A stretch of DNA of 63,977 nucleotides, filler included, from Saprolegnia diclina VS20 (Eukaryota): NCBI RefSeq assembly GCF_000281045.1. It is 6 parts of 4 records of this genome, joined end to end, with 100 filler letters (N's around TTAATTAATTAA, not from the genome) between each part and the next. Parts side by side here need not be neighbours in the genome. Positions count along the whole stretch, not along the records: positions 57,406 to 62,860 come from NW_008246153.1; positions 62,961 to 63,977 come from NW_008246158.1; 4 more parts are not named here. One strand, given 5' to 3'. Shown here one piece after another: positions 62,232-63,977 of the stretch. Under the pieces are notes generated by a model. It had not been told where the DNA came from, searched no databases, and saw nothing but the letters and a program-made list of their open reading frames with translations. Within the stretch, counting starts at the first letter, position 1; each line of letters starts with the position of its first letter. A program made the translations under genes and the position numbers.

Positions 62232-62674
62232 TATCTTTTGTGAATGGCGTCCGAGTCAACATCTTTGCGGACAATGGCGCCGGGTTGAGCGGGTGGTCCG
62301 GCGTTTTACCGAGTGCGCTCTATACGGCCTGGGCGATTCCGACCGCCGGCACTACATTGGTCTACAGTATCAATAACGTGCCGGGGGGCATTGCAATCGA
62401 CGTCCCGGACTTCAAACTTCAACTGCAAATGTGCAAAGCGTGCGACCCACTGCCAAACGGCAAAGCGATCCAATTGCACACAACCGGTAGCTCGGTGTGG
62501 ACGTACACGACCGTTGACGCTTCGCACATCACGCTAATCGACGAAGACAATTTGTGCTTGACGCGCTGCCCAGGGTGCATACCGGCACCCGATGCAGCCG
62601 TCGGTGACTCGGTCCTGGCCCAGCCGTGCAACAACTTGCCAACGCAAGTGTGGACCATCTCCCCCGTGGCGTAG
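62069..62674 (+). CDS. Small secreted protein: signal peptide, (TPAP)6 linker and a Cys-containing beta-trefoil/ricin-like domain
   Basis: Leader MRTAFLLLATALAVCG; CKAC and LCLTRCPGC motifs; terminal PCNNLPTQVW (QxW-like). Inr-like TCATTTC at 62035. Confidence 0.75.
62159..62231 (+). repeat. Coding minisatellite, 12-bp unit ACACCAGCGCCG x6
   Basis: Directly visible in the sequence; encodes TPAP repeats. Confidence 0.95.
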
Positions 62675-63714
62675 CACCAACGTCATGTTCTTGGACACTT
62701 GAGCAATATTAATGTGTATACCCTTCCACTTTGTTCAGCTTTTAGTCCAACTACACTGTCGTCGAGCGTCGAGGCCGCCGAGTACTTTGCTCACGTGCGC
62801 AAAGTTGTGTTGAAGAAACATGACAACGAAGCGGGAGATGGCCACGTCATCGACCAGGTCNNNNNNNNNNNNNNNNNNNNNNNNNNNNNNNNNNNNNNNN
62901 NNNNTTAATTAATTAANNNNNNNNNNNNNNNNNNNNNNNNNNNNNNNNNNNNNNNNNNNNTCCAGCGTAGAACCGTAGATCAGTAGCAAGAGCCATCGCA
63001 TCTAGCACGATAGCCCAGCCAACCGAGCCAGTCGGCTCGTCACTTGCCCTCTAACTCAGTAGAACGATATCGGGATCACAGGAATGCGTATGTTCATGAG
63101 GCTCCCATGAAGGCAACATCCCTGCGTTGGCGACGACCCTTGGCCTGCACGCGATCCATACCCACTGTGCACGATCGATCGATTGATTCGTCATTTAAAT
63201 GATTTTGCTTGCTTTTTTCAGTGTACGGTATCGTAGCTCAAAGCAGGATCATTTTTCGATCGTCGCATGATATACAAGTCGTCTACATACTAGTATATCA
63301 TTTGTGTGCCACGCTGTCGACAATGATGGACAAATGGGTATGCAGTCAACCCCCTCGTTCGGCTGTGTTAAATAACGTTAACAAGCACATTCGAATCCAA
63401 AGATACGCGACACTCGATCTTTGTATGCCATACACACATCAAGTAAATAGATCGCCGACTGCGCGCTTGTTTGTGATGCAAACTCGTCGTCGGCGTCCTA
63501 TTATTTCTTCAACATTCACCCATGATATTCCACACATAGTTCTACTTAATTCACTGCTAATAGAGTATTTGCATACCCGACGTCTGACATATAGCAGTCC
63601 AGAGTCGACTCTGTCGGGTCCCGCGTTGGGGCCAGCGGAAAACGACCAGCATTCCGCTATCACTGAATTTTGGCCAATCCCAGCTCATTTCCGCTTTCGA
63701 CCGGACGTGGCAGC

Positions 63715-63977
63715 ATGGGAGACCTTGACTGCGCGCCGCTCGACCCGGTCATGGCGCTGTGCGAAGACGCACTCTGGAGCATCTCGCGCGACGCTTGCGC
63801 CACGTACGAGTATGCGTACATGCGCCGGCTAGACGACGCCATGGCGCCGGGCCTGATCCTCGTCGGCATGCCCGGTCGCCGTAAGTGGTCGCAGGACGCT
63901 CGGGTCCTCGACGTTCTTCTTGCCAACCACCCGTCTGGCATCCTCCCGTCGACGTCTCTGCAGCTGGACGACGGACG
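63715..63977 (+). CDS. 5' end of a hypothetical protein (MGDLDCAPLDPVMALCEDALW...), open to the window end
   Basis: Stop-free frame with GC3 bias from ATG 63715, preceded by the Inr/FPR-like CTCATTTCCGCTTTC (63684-63698). Confidence 0.6.
   Translation, partial: MGDLDCAPLDPVMALCEDALWSISRDACATYEYAYMRRLDDAMAPGLILVGMPGRRKWSQDARVLDVLLANHPSGILPSTSLQLDDG

Noticed and set aside
1..63977. tRNA, rRNA or RxLR/Crinkler effector genes
   Set aside because: No convincing signatures recognised by eye; tRNAscan-SE, Infernal or HMM searches would be needed to exclude them.

Overview
Eukaryotic genomic DNA, almost certainly a Saprolegniales-type oomycete. This is inferred from GC-rich coding sequence, ~45-bp GT-AG introns, Inr/FPR-like TCATTYY core promoters and the gene families present. 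It comes from a draft assembly with many N gaps and five artificial TTAATTAATTAA linkers, so adjacency across linkers is unproven. 1-19.7 kb is gene-dense: two tandem paralogues sharing an EF-hand-like domain, a hypothetical gene, ubiquitin E1 (UBA1), an RNI/LRR-like gene, an L1-like LINE tail, a secreted beta-rich protein, and a tail-to-tail pair of multi-pass membrane proteins whose C-termini resemble PHTF/gustatory-receptor-like 7TM ion channels. 19.8-48.3 kb is a duplicated, rearranged cluster of intron-rich ankyrin and ankyrin-kinase genes built roughly one repeat per phase-0 exon, plus a TIR element with a 6-bp TSD and a fold-back MITE. 48.4-54 kb holds two tandem SLC1/DAACS symporters. 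The rest contains the 5' end of a membrane-anchored GH5-like glucanase, an internally deleted PIF/Harbinger element, an RTE retroelement fragment, a possible Sola-like transposase relic and a secreted TPAP-repeat protein. All family calls come from motif recognition by eye; no database search was run.
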